In this document: positions 12,221 to 24,817 of the stretch, one piece after another
Position numbering within the stretch: position 1 is the stretch's first letter
Layout of the letters: each line of letters begins with the position of its first letter
Assembly (NCBI RefSeq): GCF_001194135.2
Contig: NC_068982.1
Location: 68,674,224 to 68,738,223 of the forward strand
DNA: 64,000 nt
Direction of reading: 5' to 3'
Source: Octopus bimaculoides
Lineage: Eukaryota
Notes under the pieces: generated by a model
The model's database searches: none
Seen by the model: only the letters and a program-made list of their open reading frames with translations
What the model was told of the DNA's origin: nothing
Position numbers and translations under genes: made by a program

Positions 12221-12890
12221 GACTATTTTATTTTTCTCCTCCCTCACTTCTCTCTCCTGCTGAGGTAACCACATATCCCTCTACATGTTTCTGCTCCTCT
12301 ATCAAACTTTAACCTCTCTTCACATGGCATAAAGCTACCTCCCTCAATACTAGTCACCTACTGCTCAGTTGCAAGGTGGTCTTGTCTTGCAAGTTACTTG
12401 GTTGACCTCACTAGTGCTAGTGCCATCTCAAAAGCACTCAGTACACTCTTTAAAGTGGTTGGCATTAGGAAGAACATCCATCCATTGTAAGTGTGCCAAA
12501 GCAGACATTGGAGCTTGGCACAGTCCTCTGGTTTATCAGCTCCTATTAAATTGTTTAACCCATGCCAGCATGAAAAACAAATGTTAAAATGATAGTGATG
12601 ATGATGAAAGAATTTATTTCATTTCAACATTAGTTATACGTTAAACAAATTTAAGAAAAATATTATTACTGTGAAAGAAAATAGTGTTTAGGATTACCCT
12701 ATGAATCTATCACCTTATATTGTGTTGGTGTGTTGCTGATAAGCATCATTAATGAACAAATTATTGTACATTTAGAAGAAATATTCACTTTTCCATTCCT
12801 GTTTATTGTATATGTATATTTCCCTTTCCATTGTTTGCTCATGAAATTTTATTTTTTTGACAATTTATATATGGATTTATTCATTTTTAG

Positions 12891-13027
12891 ATTTGAGAAA
12901 ATAAAAGAATTTGAGGCTCCAACACAGTTGTATTCTGCTTCACTCCATCACCAAAAAGATGTGTTTGTGTGTGGTGGTGAAGATTTTAAAATGTACAAGT
13001 ATGATTATGAGTCCGGAGCAGAAATTG
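12891..13027 (+). CDS. STRAP: STRAP coding exon, 137 nt
   Basis: ttttag|A TTT GAG AAA...GAA ATT G|gtgagt translates FEKIKEFEAPTQLYSASLHHQKDVFVCGGEDFKMYKYDYESGAEI. It lies inside ORF 12730..13044. Confidence 0.95.
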
Positions 13028-13189
13028 GTGAGTGTCATTTCTAACCTATAAAAAATATTCTCTAAATGTGTCGAGCGTTTTATCTAAATTTGGGAACAAA
13101 TAGGTTGCTAAATTGAAAGCCATTCTCCTTTAGTTATTGAATGCAGAAACAGCATTCAATCTTTTTGTAAGAAAATTTCACTGAAATAC

Positions 13190-13368
13190 ACTGCCTTTAT
13201 TTCAATAAATTTTGAAAATAATGAACAATTTAGTAAAATAACTGGTGTTGAGAACATAAATAAAAATGAAGTCTTGATGGAAGATTTTAATTTAAGTCAC
13301 TTTAAAGCAGGAAGTTTATGTCATAGAACCAAAGGTGATTTCAAGTGGGTTAGTATCAAAAGGGTTAA
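13190..13368 (+). mobile_element. Partial piggyBac-type MITE (right end)
   Basis: Ends gtatcaaaaGGG-TTAA and is homologous to the complete copy at 51641-51853. Confidence 0.65.
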
Positions 13369-14699
13369 ATATTTTCTTATCTAACCTGGTAGTGTTCTGC
13401 AAGATTATAGATTTGTTGTTGCTGGCTTATAGTTTCCTTTTTAAATATTTGGATAAATTGAGTTTGACATTTTTACAGACCAAGGAAATTGGTGTAGTTG
13501 GGAGAAAACTACAGTTTCTGGTATCTTGTTTGATTTTCATTATTTCAAGGTATAAATCTACCTGAGTTGATTTTTGCTTTCTTCTTTAACTTGTTTCAAT
13601 GAAACAAATACCAGTCATATAATGAAGTTGATTTAATTGATTTTACTTTCTCTATTGCATAAATATCTTAACCAAATTAAAAGAAATTGTATTTAAGATT
13701 TTGATTTAGTGTAACCCTAACCCCTTTCTTGTGTGAAGGCAGATCAAATTTTAACATCTTAATTCTGTGTTGAAATGGGTTCAGTAAATTTGCAGTAGCT
13801 TTGCATGCATCTCATCTGAATTTCTTGCCAGCTTTTGCCTTCATGTATTTATTATCCCAAGTTTTTAATCTATCTCTAGACCGTGCTATTGTACATACAC
13901 CAAAACTTAAGATGAAGTCTCTGTAAAGTTTGGTTCTTTGTATCAAGCTTGTCATATTTCCTCTCCAAAAAATTATAATCTTCATTTTTATATGTCTCTT
14001 ATTCATTCTTGTATAGAATACTGAATATTGTTGTCATATTTGGGTTAGAACTTCTGTTGGTATTCTGTCTCTCTTTTCTGAATTCAAAAGTGAGTTTCTA
14101 ACACTGTTGGTCTTATTTTGGCAGCTAAATTTCATCTCTCTTGTTGCTGGGAAATTGCTGTTTTATTCTATAAATACTTCTACATTTGTTGTTTTGCTAA
14201 ATTTTCTTTCTTGTTCTTTCTTACAGTTACTAATCAAATGACTTATCTTTCTATGAATTCTCATCCTTTCACTGTGGTTGTATACCACCCTTCTTATAAG
14301 TAGTGTTTCTAATCTTGTGTCTTTTCTAAAAAAAAAAAAAATTCAATTAAAAATATAATTCAGCCAGAAAGAAACAAAACAAAAAAACATTAAAGTTTAC
14401 TGATGAGATGGCACAGGATAAGATAGTCATCCTAGTAACATAATTAGAAAGAAGAGGAAGAAGTTGAGCTGTGTTTTCTCCCTAACTCTTTCTCAACAGA
14501 TATATAACTGATTTTAGTAACTGCAACATTATGTAAAAATAAAAGCTGTTATGATAAGATGCAAAATGAAGTCAATCATATACTTATTTCTTAGCTAGTT
14601 CAATCTACCAGTTATCTTTCATTGTTTTCTTGCAACAGTCATCCCTTGACACAATCGCAAACATTTTAGAAAAGCCAATTTTTTACATCACTAGCCTAT

Positions 14700-15340
14700 A
14701 GCTTCAGGCTACTACACTACTTACAAAAAATAAAATTAAAGATACATGGTGGCTTCCCACAACTACTAATGGCAACAGAAAAGCTTTTGATTCTATTTCA
14801 TGCTATGCATTTACAAAAAAAAAAAAAAAAAAAAAAAGAAGCTCAACACCTTAGGAAACAACTTAAAACACTGGCTAGTAAATGTAGTGTATAAAAGGGC
14901 TTTTTCAGAATTTGAAATTTCCTGAATGGAGTACCATTGGGATCTGTCCTCTCACTGTCTCTTTTCAACATGGACTTACATGACCTTCCAGCACTGTAAT
15001 TCTAAGCATGGCTGGAGGACTACTATTATACCACATCGATTCACATAAAAAATTTAGGTCCAAAATCAGTGGATGTAAAATATCTATTCACTAGTCCCAA
15101 CTTGCGTTGGGATGCACAGTACTGATAATGAGTGCAGAACAACAGCTGTTGCATTTTTATTGGGTCCCCTTCTGTTGTGACCACCCACCAAAATCTGCAG
15201 GTGTAGAGAAATATACTGGACAGTGGAGAGAGTGCAACACATCTTCATTACTGCAGCATACTCCATACAATTTATTACTGCATGGTATATTTATAAAACA
15301 GATTTATGGGTCACTCCAAGTTTAACTGAGTGTTTGTATG
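14700..15340 (+). mobile_element. Highly decayed non-LTR reverse transcriptase fragment
   Basis: Relics of KAFDSI (aaagcttttgattctatt) and NGVPLGSVLS.SLFNMDLHDLP (RT GVPQGS motif), with many stops and frameshifts. Confidence 0.6.
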
Positions 15341-15909
15341 CCATAGGGTTGCTCAATCAGAACTGGTTTTTGTTTTACTCATTACCAGAAAATGAATATA
15401 AATAATAAAAATTTTCACGTATTAGACACATTTAACTAAGGGCATTTGAGATGACCAGTTACAAGGGAGTGATGAATATGAGTTGGATGGCCTCTAGGAT
15501 GAATGATTTAGTTCTAGAAGAGGTGGGAACAGAATAAAAGTGGTTAACTATGGTCAGGCAGTGAGGATTGTAATATTTTTGCCACATTATCAGACCTCAG
15601 GATCTTTGTACCTACATCCTCATAGGTTGGGAAGATGAAGTGATGACATGAAGACTGGGTACAGGAGACTAGTCATGTGTATGACTGCAACACAAGTTTG
15701 AGACAAGGAGTGGTGGTTGCGTCTGAGATCCCAACACTCAGCCATGAGGATGGTTGTATTTGTTCGTTCATTATCTAATTATAAAATAATTAAAAACACT
15801 GACTCTCTGTCATCACAATTTCAGTATTCTATTGTTCATGTTGCTATCCATCTTTTTTTTTTTGACAATGTAGTTTTATTTATTGTATTTTTTCTTTATT
15901 CTTTTGCAG

Positions 15910-16133
15910 AGTCCTTCAAGGGTCATTTTGGCCCTGTACATTGTGTCCGGTTTTCTCCTGATGGGGAGCTTTATGCCAGTGGTAGTGAAGATGGTACTTT
16001 ACGCCTGTGGCAAACAACTGTAGGCAAGACATATGGTCTTTGGAAGTGTGTCTTGGCAGATGAGACTAGCACACCAACTACAGATACAGTGCCACAGTCT
16101 GCGCCGCAACAAGCAGTCAAAGCTGAGGCTTAG
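15910..16133 (+). CDS. STRAP: STRAP last coding exon, ending in TAG
   Basis: ttgcag|AG TCC TTC AAG translates (E)[73 protein letters not shown]. It lies inside ORF 15717..16133. Confidence 0.96.
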
Positions 16134-16726
16134 TCTGTTTGTTGCTCCCTCTTCACTCTGACAGCTCCAACTTTCTCTCCTTAAATTTCTTCCCAATTCC
16201 CGACATTTAATTCCTTCCTCCTTTGCAAGCGATTTCTTCATCAATGCTTTTACTGTTGGTCCTCCTAATATTACACTTTAATTCAAAATAATCAAATTGA
16301 TAGAAGATCCTCTCTGATATTTTTTTTTTTTTTTAATGTGGTATCATAATTACATGCGTACACACACATAGACACTCATATAAAAAAAACAAAAAACAAA
16401 CAAACAACAGCTATTACAATTAAAGGAAACTGTTCTATACTTTCACTTTTAGTTTTCTCTGCTGTGAGAAAGTAGTGTTATATCATGTCTGAGAAAGCAA
16501 GAACTGGTCTCATTAATTTGGCTATTGCCCACCTGAAACTAGTTGTCCATTTTGTTGACCAGTCTCATTATGAACACTGCTGTGAAAGGGGATCACTCAT
16601 TATTTCAGACAGCTGCTTCTTCATGAAGCAATGAATATAATATTTAAATATATATATAAAAAAAAAAAATACTTCTGGAAAAATATCCCATGGAACCTTA
16701 AAAAAAAAAAAGGTCACTAACTCTTT

Positions 16727-16732
16727 AATAAA
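16727..16732 (+). terminator. Candidate STRAP polyadenylation signal AATAAA
   Basis: First canonical AATAAA I noticed after the stop, about 600 nt downstream. An ATTAAA at 16419-16424 is an alternative. The surroundings are A-rich, so chance occurrence is likely. Confidence 0.3.
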
Positions 16733-16846
16733 AGCAACCATATCCAAAAACTAAAAAAAAAAGAAGATCCACAAATGTAAGAAAAAAAAGAAATGAAAAT
16801 AAATTTTAAAAAAATACAATAAAAAATGTTCTGGAAAAAAATATCT

Positions 16847-17372
16847 NNNNNNNNNNNNNNNNNNNNNNNNNNNNNNNNNNNNNNNNNNNNNNNNNNNNNN
16901 NNNNNNNNNNNNNNNNNNNNNNNNNNNNNNNNNNNNNNNNNNNNNNNNNNNNNNNNNNNNNNNNNNNNNNNNNNNNNNNNNNNNNNNNNNNNNNNNNNNN
17001 NNNNNNNNNNNNNNNNNNNNNNNNNNNNNNNNNNNNNNNNNNNNNNNNNNNNNNNNNNNNNNNNNNNNNNNNNNNNNNNNNNNNNNNNNNNNNNNNNNNN
17101 NNNNNNNNNNNNNNNNNNNNNNNNNNNNNNNNNNNNNNNNNNNNNNNNNNNNNNNNNNNNNNNNNNNNNNNNNNNNNNNNNNNNNNNNNNNNNNNNNNNN
17201 NNNNNNNNNNNNNNNNNNNNNNNNNNNNNNNNNNNNNNNNNNNNNNNNNNNNNNNNNNNNNNNNNNNNNNNNNNNNNNNNNNNNNNNNNNNNNNNNNNNN
17301 NNNNNNNNNNNNNNNNNNNNNNNNNNNNNNNNNNNNNNNNNNNNNNNNNNNNNNNNNNNNNNNNNNNNNNNN
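16847..17372. other. Assembly gap, 526 N. Further gaps at 22753-22762, 30897-30906, 53080-53089 and 55076-55150
   Basis: Runs of N, mostly next to (TA)n or (CA)n microsatellites. Confidence 1.
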
Positions 17373-18759
17373 ATATATATAGATAGATATATATATGAAT
17401 GGCTGTATGGTTGAGAAGTTGGTTTTGAGTTCAGTTCGGTGAGGCATCTTGAGCAAGTGTATTCTGCTATACTCCCAAGCCAAATTAAATCTTATGAGTG
17501 GATTTGATGCATAGAAACTGAAAAGAAACCTGCTGAATATATAATATATATGTGCATATGTTTTTTTTTTTTTTTTTTTACATCTATATTCACTTGAAAG
17601 AAGTTGAGTGTTAATGTTGGCACTTCTTGCTTTGTATCTTCAAAGGCATCGGCATAAGAGATTCCTTACTGGAAAACGTAAGGGTTAGTATCAAGAAAGG
17701 CATCCAGTTGCAAAATGATACCTCAATATCATATTTGTCTGACCATGCTAGCATGGAAAAATGGACATAAAACAAATGAATAAATATATTGAAAATAGAA
17801 TGAATGCTGAAAGTTGATTGAATGTGAAGAAAGGTATTAAAGACGTCAGTAAAAGATCTTTGTGAAAAAAAACAAACCCAAACAACCTGGCTATTAGAGC
17901 CACTCAACTCCAACTAGAATGATTCTTAATTTTGTTTTTACATTCATTTTAGTTTTATTCTAAATTACCCTTTTGAAACTGTGAGAATGTTAGAGCAGGT
18001 ATGATAGGGTTCGACCATATCTCTGGGTGACACTGCATGACTTTGTGTTTACAGTACACTGATTGGCAGAAACATCATTAATTTCAGCTGTAAACACAAA
18101 ACAATGAAGTTGTCTGCTTTTCCATCTTCCAGGGGTATAATCAAACAAAATTGTACTTGCTAAAAAGTACTTTTGGGTTCAAAGGAGTTAATATATATGG
18201 TTGTGTGGTAAAAAGTTTGCTTCCTAATGATAGGGTTCTGGGTTCAGTTCTACTGTGTGGACCTTGGGTAAGTGTCTTCCACTACAGCCTGGGATTGACC
18301 AAAGCCTTGAGTGGATTTAGTAGATAGAAACTGAAAGAAGTCTGTCATATGTATGTGTGAGTATATATATATATATATTTGTGTGTGTGTGTATATATTT
18401 GTATTTGTCCCCCCATCATTGCTGCAATTAAAAGAATGAACACCAGTTAAAGGAATTGGGTAATTTTGCCAATTTGAATATTTGCATGAATTCTTTGAGT
18501 GTTTTACTCAAATATAAAATGAGAGTGAAAACTATTTTTCATTTGTGGAAATTGAATTAAAAGTAAAATATATTTTTCTGCACTAACAGGTTGAACAGTC
18601 TGGAAACATTTCAAAAATTTTTTAGTCTTGTAATTTGAGGTTTCACATTTAGATGCCTTGCCTATTATCAACTCATGTAACTGAAGGTTAAGGATTATTT
18701 GTGACATCAATACTAAAGACATATCCTTGTAGTGGAACTGGAACCTTCACTTCATACTA

Positions 18760-19130
18760 GTTTGAACAAGTGAAATTCCTGCTAAGGTCAATTTTCATTT
18801 AATATTGTACTTTTTGGAGGGAAGAGGAAGTTCAAGGAACTATTGTCTCTGCTGACAAGAGGATTCTCTCTGCAAGTAAAGGGTAGATTGAACTGCAGTG
18901 TTGCATGGTAACGAATTGTGGGTACCAAATGCAGGAGGTATGCAAAGTCTGGACAGAAATGAAACATGCATAATGTCAGAGTGTATGAATGACAAATTAC
19001 AGATGCTTGGAAAGAAGAGTATAGAGGAATATGGTATAGTGTGCAAAAAGAGATGGCTATATTGGTATGGACTTGTAATATAGATGGGTGACGTGCCAAG
19101 AAATTAATGGTGAAGAATGAATCTCTCACT
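18760..19130 (+). mobile_element. Decayed RTE LINE ORF2 3' fragment
   Basis: ORF 18898..19083 MLHGNELW...LDRNE...KRWLYWYGLV matches the RTE pattern LHGSETW...RLRWYGHV. Confidence 0.7.
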
Positions 19131-19299
19131 AGCAAAAGGAGGTAAAGTCAAGTTTACTTCCCAACCACATGCTTTCAGGTTCAATCCCACTGTGCAGCAC
19201 CTTCAGAAAGTGTCTTCTGCTATATCCTTGGATTGATCAAAGCCGTGTGAGTGGACTTGCAGAGGGAAATTGAACAAAATCCATTGTGTGTGTGTGGAT

Positions 19300-19920
19300 G
19301 TGCATGGCTTAGTGGTTAGGGTGTTGCACTCTTGATTCGAAGATTGTGGTTTTGATTCCTGGACTGGGTGATGTCATTCTTGAGCAAAACATGTTATTTC
19401 ATGTTGCTCCAGTTCACTCAACTGGTAAAAATGAGTAATTCCATGATAGACCAGTATCCTGTCCAGGAGTGGAATATATATATACCACAGAATCTGGGGA
19501 AACTCTTGTGAGTCTGTAGTTTGGGAAAAGACCTTTGATTCTTTTGAGATGTGTATATATATATATATATATATAGCATTTGTTTTGTTGCCTCGGTGGA
19601 GGCGCAGTGGCCCAGTGGTTAGGGCAGCGGTTTCGATTCCCAGACCGGGCATTGTGAGTGTTTGAGGCTCCAGCAGGGGATGGTGGCGAACCCTGCTGTA
19701 CTCTTTCGCCACAACTTTCTCACTCTTACTTCCTGTTTCTGTTGTGCCTGTAATTCAAAGGGTCAGCCATGTCACACTGAATATCCCTGGAGAACTACAA
19801 TAAGGGCACACGTGTCTGTGGAGTGCTCAGCTACTTGCACGTTAATTTCACAAGCAGGCTGTTCCGTTGATTGGATCAACTGGAACCCTCGATGTCGTAA
19901 GCGACGGAGTGCCAACAACA
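19300..19920 (+). mobile_element. Family D SINE with a second tRNA-like head inserted after an internal (TA)n
   Basis: Head 1 is tggcttagtggttagggtgttgcac...ttcgaag..ggttttgattcc. Head 2 at about 19590 is ggcgcagtggcccagtggttagggcagcggtttcgattcc. The CpG-rich body ends gcgacggagtgccaacaaca. Confidence 0.7.
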
Positions 19921-20243
19921 TTTGTTGTCTCGACATTGCGAAATAGTTATAAACAATTATCATAATCATTCAAGCAGAGTCCAACATTTCCAGTCTCCCA
20001 TGAAAACATGTCCAGCCATGAGAAAATATTACCTCGATTGGAAACAGCAAAGGAATCCAGTTATAAAAAAAATCTGTCTCAACAAATTCCATCTGACTTG
20101 TGCAAATGTGGAGAAGAGTCATTAAAACAATGATGATGACAACATATCTAGTTACAGCACCTCAAACTTAACAGAAAATAAGAATGTTTAAATGAAAACA
20201 AAACACATTGATATATATATAATATACATATTCCCTATTTTAA

Positions 20244-20249
20244 TTTATT
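20244..20249 (-). terminator. NDUFB8 polyadenylation signal AATAAA
   Basis: tttatt on the + strand, about 47 nt after the stop codon. Confidence 0.6.
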
Positions 20250-20295
20250 ATCTAAAACCATCACATCTGTTCTGTTGCTGAAATATTGTAGATGT

Positions 20296-20397
20296 TCACT
20301 CCACAGACTCAAATGTGTAGTTTACAACAGGTTTTACATCAGCTGGATCACCACCTCTTTCTGTATGGAGATTGTTGAAAGGAAATTGTTTAGGCAT
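20296..20397 (-). CDS. NDUFB8: NDUFB8 exon 5, last exon, ending in TGA
   Basis: ttgcag|ATG CCT AAA translates MPKQFPFNNLHTERGGDPADVKPVVNYTFESVE*, matching the conserved PKQYP.NNLY.ERGGDP C-terminus. Total CDS is 591 nt (196 aa plus stop). Confidence 0.95.
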   Translation of the reverse strand: MPKQFPFNNLHTERGGDPADVKPVVNYTFESVE

Positions 20398-21099
20398 CTG
20401 CAATAAAAGTGATCAAGAAATCATTAAGAGGAATATATATATATACACATTATTCTAAAGTATTTTTCATCAAGTATCAAATTATTCCTCTCTCACATCC
20501 AACAGCTGTCAAATAGTTTTCCATCCTGAACTAAATGTACAAGTTAATTAATTATGGACACAGGCACGGTTGAGTGGTTAAGTTTGCATTGCAACCATGA
20601 GGTTCCAGGTTTGATCTTACTGCATGACTTCATGTCCAAGTGCCTTTACCATAGCTTCAAGTTGGCCAAAGTCTTGTAAGTGAAAGAGGGATGTAACAAT
20701 TTTAAATCTTGTGATACAAAGGTCCAGATTGTCATACTCGTGTTACATTGATTTCATTTAAGAATTATATTAAGGGAACACACGTCTGTGGAATACTCAG
20801 CCACTTTGCATGCTAATTCAATAAAGAAGTCATCCAGTTGATTGAACAACTGGATAATGCTCAAAGATTGAAATCGATAAGAGTGTCCATCACTACTTAA
20901 TCCCACCTGTCTGTCTCCCCATCAACATACCAACTCTCCAAACACTCTTGACCTACTCTACTGGGTCATTGATTGACTTACTTGAAGTACTCTCTTCTCT
21001 CACCATTTGGTGCTTCTGGTCAGTAAACCAGTTGTTCTGCAAACACATTGCTTCATTTCTGACTCCCATAAAGGCAGGTAAGTATGTGAAAATATCGTC

Positions 21100-22050
21100 T
21101 TCTTAGATATATCTCTCAAGTAACTTCAATGTGGTTTACTCAGCTATACATATGAAAGACACTGCCTAAAACACAAAGATAGTCCCCTCCTACCACTAAA
21201 TTATGGAGCATTACTCAGTATTCGCAAAACGACCTTCAAGAAATAAATTAAAAAATCACATAGTTTGCATATCTCACTTTCCAAATTAAGAATGGAACTT
21301 CTTGTCCTAATGATTGTAATATTCATCACCAGTACATTTCAACCAATATATATCACTCTTAAAAATAAAGCTATCATTAATTTCCATTTTGCTTTCAATT
21401 CCACATTGCATGCACACAACACCTGGATTTCCATATCATTATAAAGTGTTTCAACCTCTCAAGAGGATCTTCACCAATCTATAGACACGTCACAGTGTGT
21501 TCATTCATAATGGTAATCTCTCCGACTCTGTTACATCCCAATCTATTACACTCGCATTCAAATTTCGTATTACCATACACTCCGCCCCATCGTTTCTAGT
21601 TACTTCCCTTAATGACTGGTCATCAAGTATAGCTTTTGTATAACCAGATCTACTGAACATCTGGCACACCTACACTGGTAAATTTTTGTGAGAACTCTCA
21701 TCTTAAAATTATTATTTTGACATTAACAGAGCCTTTGATTTTGTTGGCACCAATGGGTTTGCTCATCTTATCTTTTAGATCAGACAATTGTAGTGGGCAG
21801 TAATGAGACTTACTTCAACCAAAATCTTTTAACCTTAAATACCACAGGATTGGCTTCCACCTCACATTAACAATCTTCTGTAACCCACACATCCATTCTG
21901 GTATATATGATTCCATTCATTACTCTTCTTTAAATTCCTAATATGAAAATCATCCATATGCAACCTAGAGCTCTCATGTTATTTGGTCTGCTTCAATGAT
22001 GTTGTCTCCAACAGGGATGTAGCAAACCGGTCTTCAACAACACCAAGACA
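21100..22050 (+). mobile_element. Very old LINE RT remnant
   Basis: tttgacattaacagagcctttgattttgttggcac resembles D.SKAFD.VWH. No long ORF remains. Confidence 0.45.
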
Positions 22051-22366
22051 CAAATTGCACACCAACTAAACAGTCTTGTACTACACTATGCATGGATAAT
22101 ATGTTTAAAACACTAAATTTTGCTATAAATGCAAAGCCTAGGAGTATCTGATCTTTTATGACATTCACACCTGTATAACACAGCCAAAACTACATCAACT
22201 AAAGGTATATTACTTCTTCAGGAATGATTAGTCGCTAATCCTCTACAAAGTTTAAATGTGACTTACAGTTCATGTGGGTTAGTGTTACTGCTGTTGCTAC
22301 ATGTATACAAAGTCTAGCCACACCCTAAAAGTTAAGTTAGTTGATCAAAACAATGTCTGGACAAAT

Positions 22367-22521
22367 TATCTTAGGCTACCAACAACATATGGCAGGGGAG
22401 GGTGGAATAGCCTACCAGATTATTAAGAATCAAATTAAAACTATCTTAGGCTAACCAACAACATATGGGGGTGGGGTGGGGGAAATAGCCTATCAGATTA
22501 TTAAGAATCAAATTAAAAACT
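22367..22521. repeat. Two-copy tandem duplication, period about 75 bp
   Basis: tatcttaggcta(a)ccaacaacatatgg...aatagccta.cagattattaagaatcaaattaaaaact occurs twice. Confidence 0.9.
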
Positions 22522-22719
22522 CCATAGATTTATTTATTATTTGTTACTAATAAATGACAACATATAGAATTTATCACAGATTTAATTTTTTGCAAGTCCA
22601 GGGTTCATTTTATAACTCAAAATAACCTCTTAAGTCAGGAGTTCTTACAAAATTTTTTAATTGTTTCACTATTTGTAATGTTACAACTCTATTCTTACAT
22701 TTATGTAGTATATATATAG

Positions 22720-22752
<33 letters not shown>

Positions 22753-22772
22753 NNNNNNNNNNAATTTATCTA

Positions 22773-24050
22773 TCAGGTCATCCCATAAGTTCTGTACAAT
22801 TTTACTTTTTTTAAAATTGAATGAAATGTAATAGTATTTTAGAATGTCTAATGGAATTAAAAATTATTTTTACGCATTTGTGTACATTTAAACTAATTAA
22901 ATATTATTTTACAGAATAATAGAATTAAAATTTCTTTGATTAAAACCCTTTCTAACATGGAAGTATCCAAAGAGCATTCAAAGCACATAATGCTTTATGA
23001 GTTCAAAAAAGGAAACTCTGCAGCCGAAGTTACTCGAAACATACACTCAGTTTATGGGAAAGAATGCTTGAATGAAAGAACTTGCAGAAGATGGTTTGCA
23101 AAATTCAGAAGTGGAGATTTCAGCCTTGAAGATGAAGATCGAACAGGACATCCAGTTGAGTTTGATGATAAGCTCCTTGAGACATTACTTGAAGAAAATC
23201 CTGCATTATCAGTTGAAGAATTTGCAATAAAGCTTAGTTCAAACCATACAATTGTTCATCATCATCTTCAACAACTTGGAAAAGTTCCTAAACTTGGAAA
23301 GTGGGTGCCTCATGAATGGTCCAAAAGCAACTGCAAATCCTGAGTTGACATCTGCTCTTCTCTCCATTCTCGCAACTCATTTCACCCTTTTTGGATAGAT
23401 TTGTGATGGTGACAAAAAATGGATCTTCTATCGAAATATTAACAGCCGTAAACAATGGCTTGTTAAAAGGGAAAAAGCTCAACCACAACCAAGAAGGGAA
23501 CTTCATGGGAAAAAGGTTCTTCTCTCTATCTGGTGGGATTGCAAAGGAGTAATCCACTTTGAATTGTTACCACCTAATGCAACAATCAATGCTCAAGTCT
23601 ACTGTCAGCAATTAGAGCGTTTGAACCAAGATTTGAAGAAAAAAAGACCCGCTTTGGTGAATCGAAAAGGACTGATGTTTCATCAGGGCAATGCATGACC
23701 CCACACTACAAAGAATACATCACAAGATCGAAGAGCTTGGTTGGAAAAAAATTCCTCATCCACCTTATTCTCCCGACCTTCCTCCTTCAGACTACCATTT
23801 GTTTCGACAGAATCATTTGGGGTACATAGCTTTTGCAAGCCAGGAGGAGGTCGAAACTGACATTTCAGAGTTCTTCACTTTAAAACCAAAAAAGTTTTAC
23901 ATTGATGGGATTAAAAAGCTTGTAAATAGATGGAAGGAAGTCATAGATAGTCAGGGAAAGTACATTGATGATTAAATTTCAATTAAATATAACATTTGAT
24001 CACTTGTTTTCTTTATTCAAAATTCAGGCAGAACTTATGGGATAACCTGA
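22773..24050 (+). mobile_element. Full-length but inactivated mariner (DD34D) transposon, 1278 bp, in NDUFB8 intron 4 and antisense to the host gene
   Basis: TIRs tcaggtcatcccataagttctg and cagaacttatgggataacctga with TA on both flanks. Transposase 22957-23975 retains WVPHE and YSPDLPPSDYHLF, but has a stop at 23341, frameshifts, and the second catalytic D changed (HQGNA). Confidence 0.95.
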
Positions 24051-24382
24051 TATGTTATACAAAAACATTTCACTTAACCCTGGAATTTCTACCTTTATAA
24101 GTAGGCTGTAACATCCTTGGCACTTATGTGAATTTTTGCTACCCTGGTAACTATTTATTTATTTTTCTGTGTTATTTGTACACTGGAAAAATACACACAC
24201 ACATATATATTTATTAACTATTTAAACAGGATTTGTTTTGAAAATTCAAGCCATTAGATTTGAATAATTGTGTTGACACATTGTTATACCAATAATTGAT
24301 AAATGAGAGTTCATAATTATGTCATTATAAAATCTGGTAAGCAAATCAGTAATGTAAAAAGGTAAAAAAGTTTCATACTTAC

Positions 24383-24473
24383 AACAGCTGGATGTAAAAC
24401 AACTGAAGATGTCAAGTAAGCTGTTAATGCTACACCTCCTAGTATTCCAAAAAATACCAGTGCTTGCTTTTTT
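24383..24473 (-). CDS. NDUFB8: NDUFB8 exon 4, transmembrane helix, 91 nt
   Basis: ttctag|A AAA AAG CAA...GCT GTT|gtaagt translates KKQALVFFGILGGVALTAYLTSSVVLHPAV, a single hydrophobic helix ending in the conserved x-P-x-V junction. Confidence 0.9.
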
Positions 24474-24624
24474 CTAGAAATACAAGTAAATAATGACCAT
24501 TAATGAAGATGTATTATACAAGTGTATATGTGGAGGGGGAAATACCTTATTACTAGCACATATTAACAAAACAAATGCTTTTCAAACGAATCTTTATTTA
24601 ATACCTCAACCATAACACCTTTAA

Positions 24625-24817
24625 CCCTTTAGCATTCGGATTACTGTCAAATATAATGTTTGTTTACTTTGTTTTGAATTAATCGTGCATTATGTCGTAG
24701 CTTTGACATTTTGATGGTATGATTGTTTAGTTTTTAAATGACATTGTTGGGTAGGTGTTTGACCATAAAACAGGTAAAATTTTCAGGCTAGATATGGCTG
24801 GTTTAGAAGCTAAAGAG
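24625..24817 (+). mobile_element. piggyBac-type MITE, 193 bp, in NDUFB8 intron 3
   Basis: TTAA-CCCTTTAGCATT...AAGCTAAAGAG-TTAA: short TIRs with TTAA target duplication. Confidence 0.85.

Noticed and set aside
16806-17483. Long ORFs of 225 and 186 aa
   Set aside because: They consist almost entirely of the N gap.
22936-23975. Domesticated or active transposase (SETMAR-like gene)
   Set aside because: It has an in-frame stop, frameshifts, loss of a catalytic Asp, intact TIRs/TSD and no SET exon, so it is a dead mariner copy.
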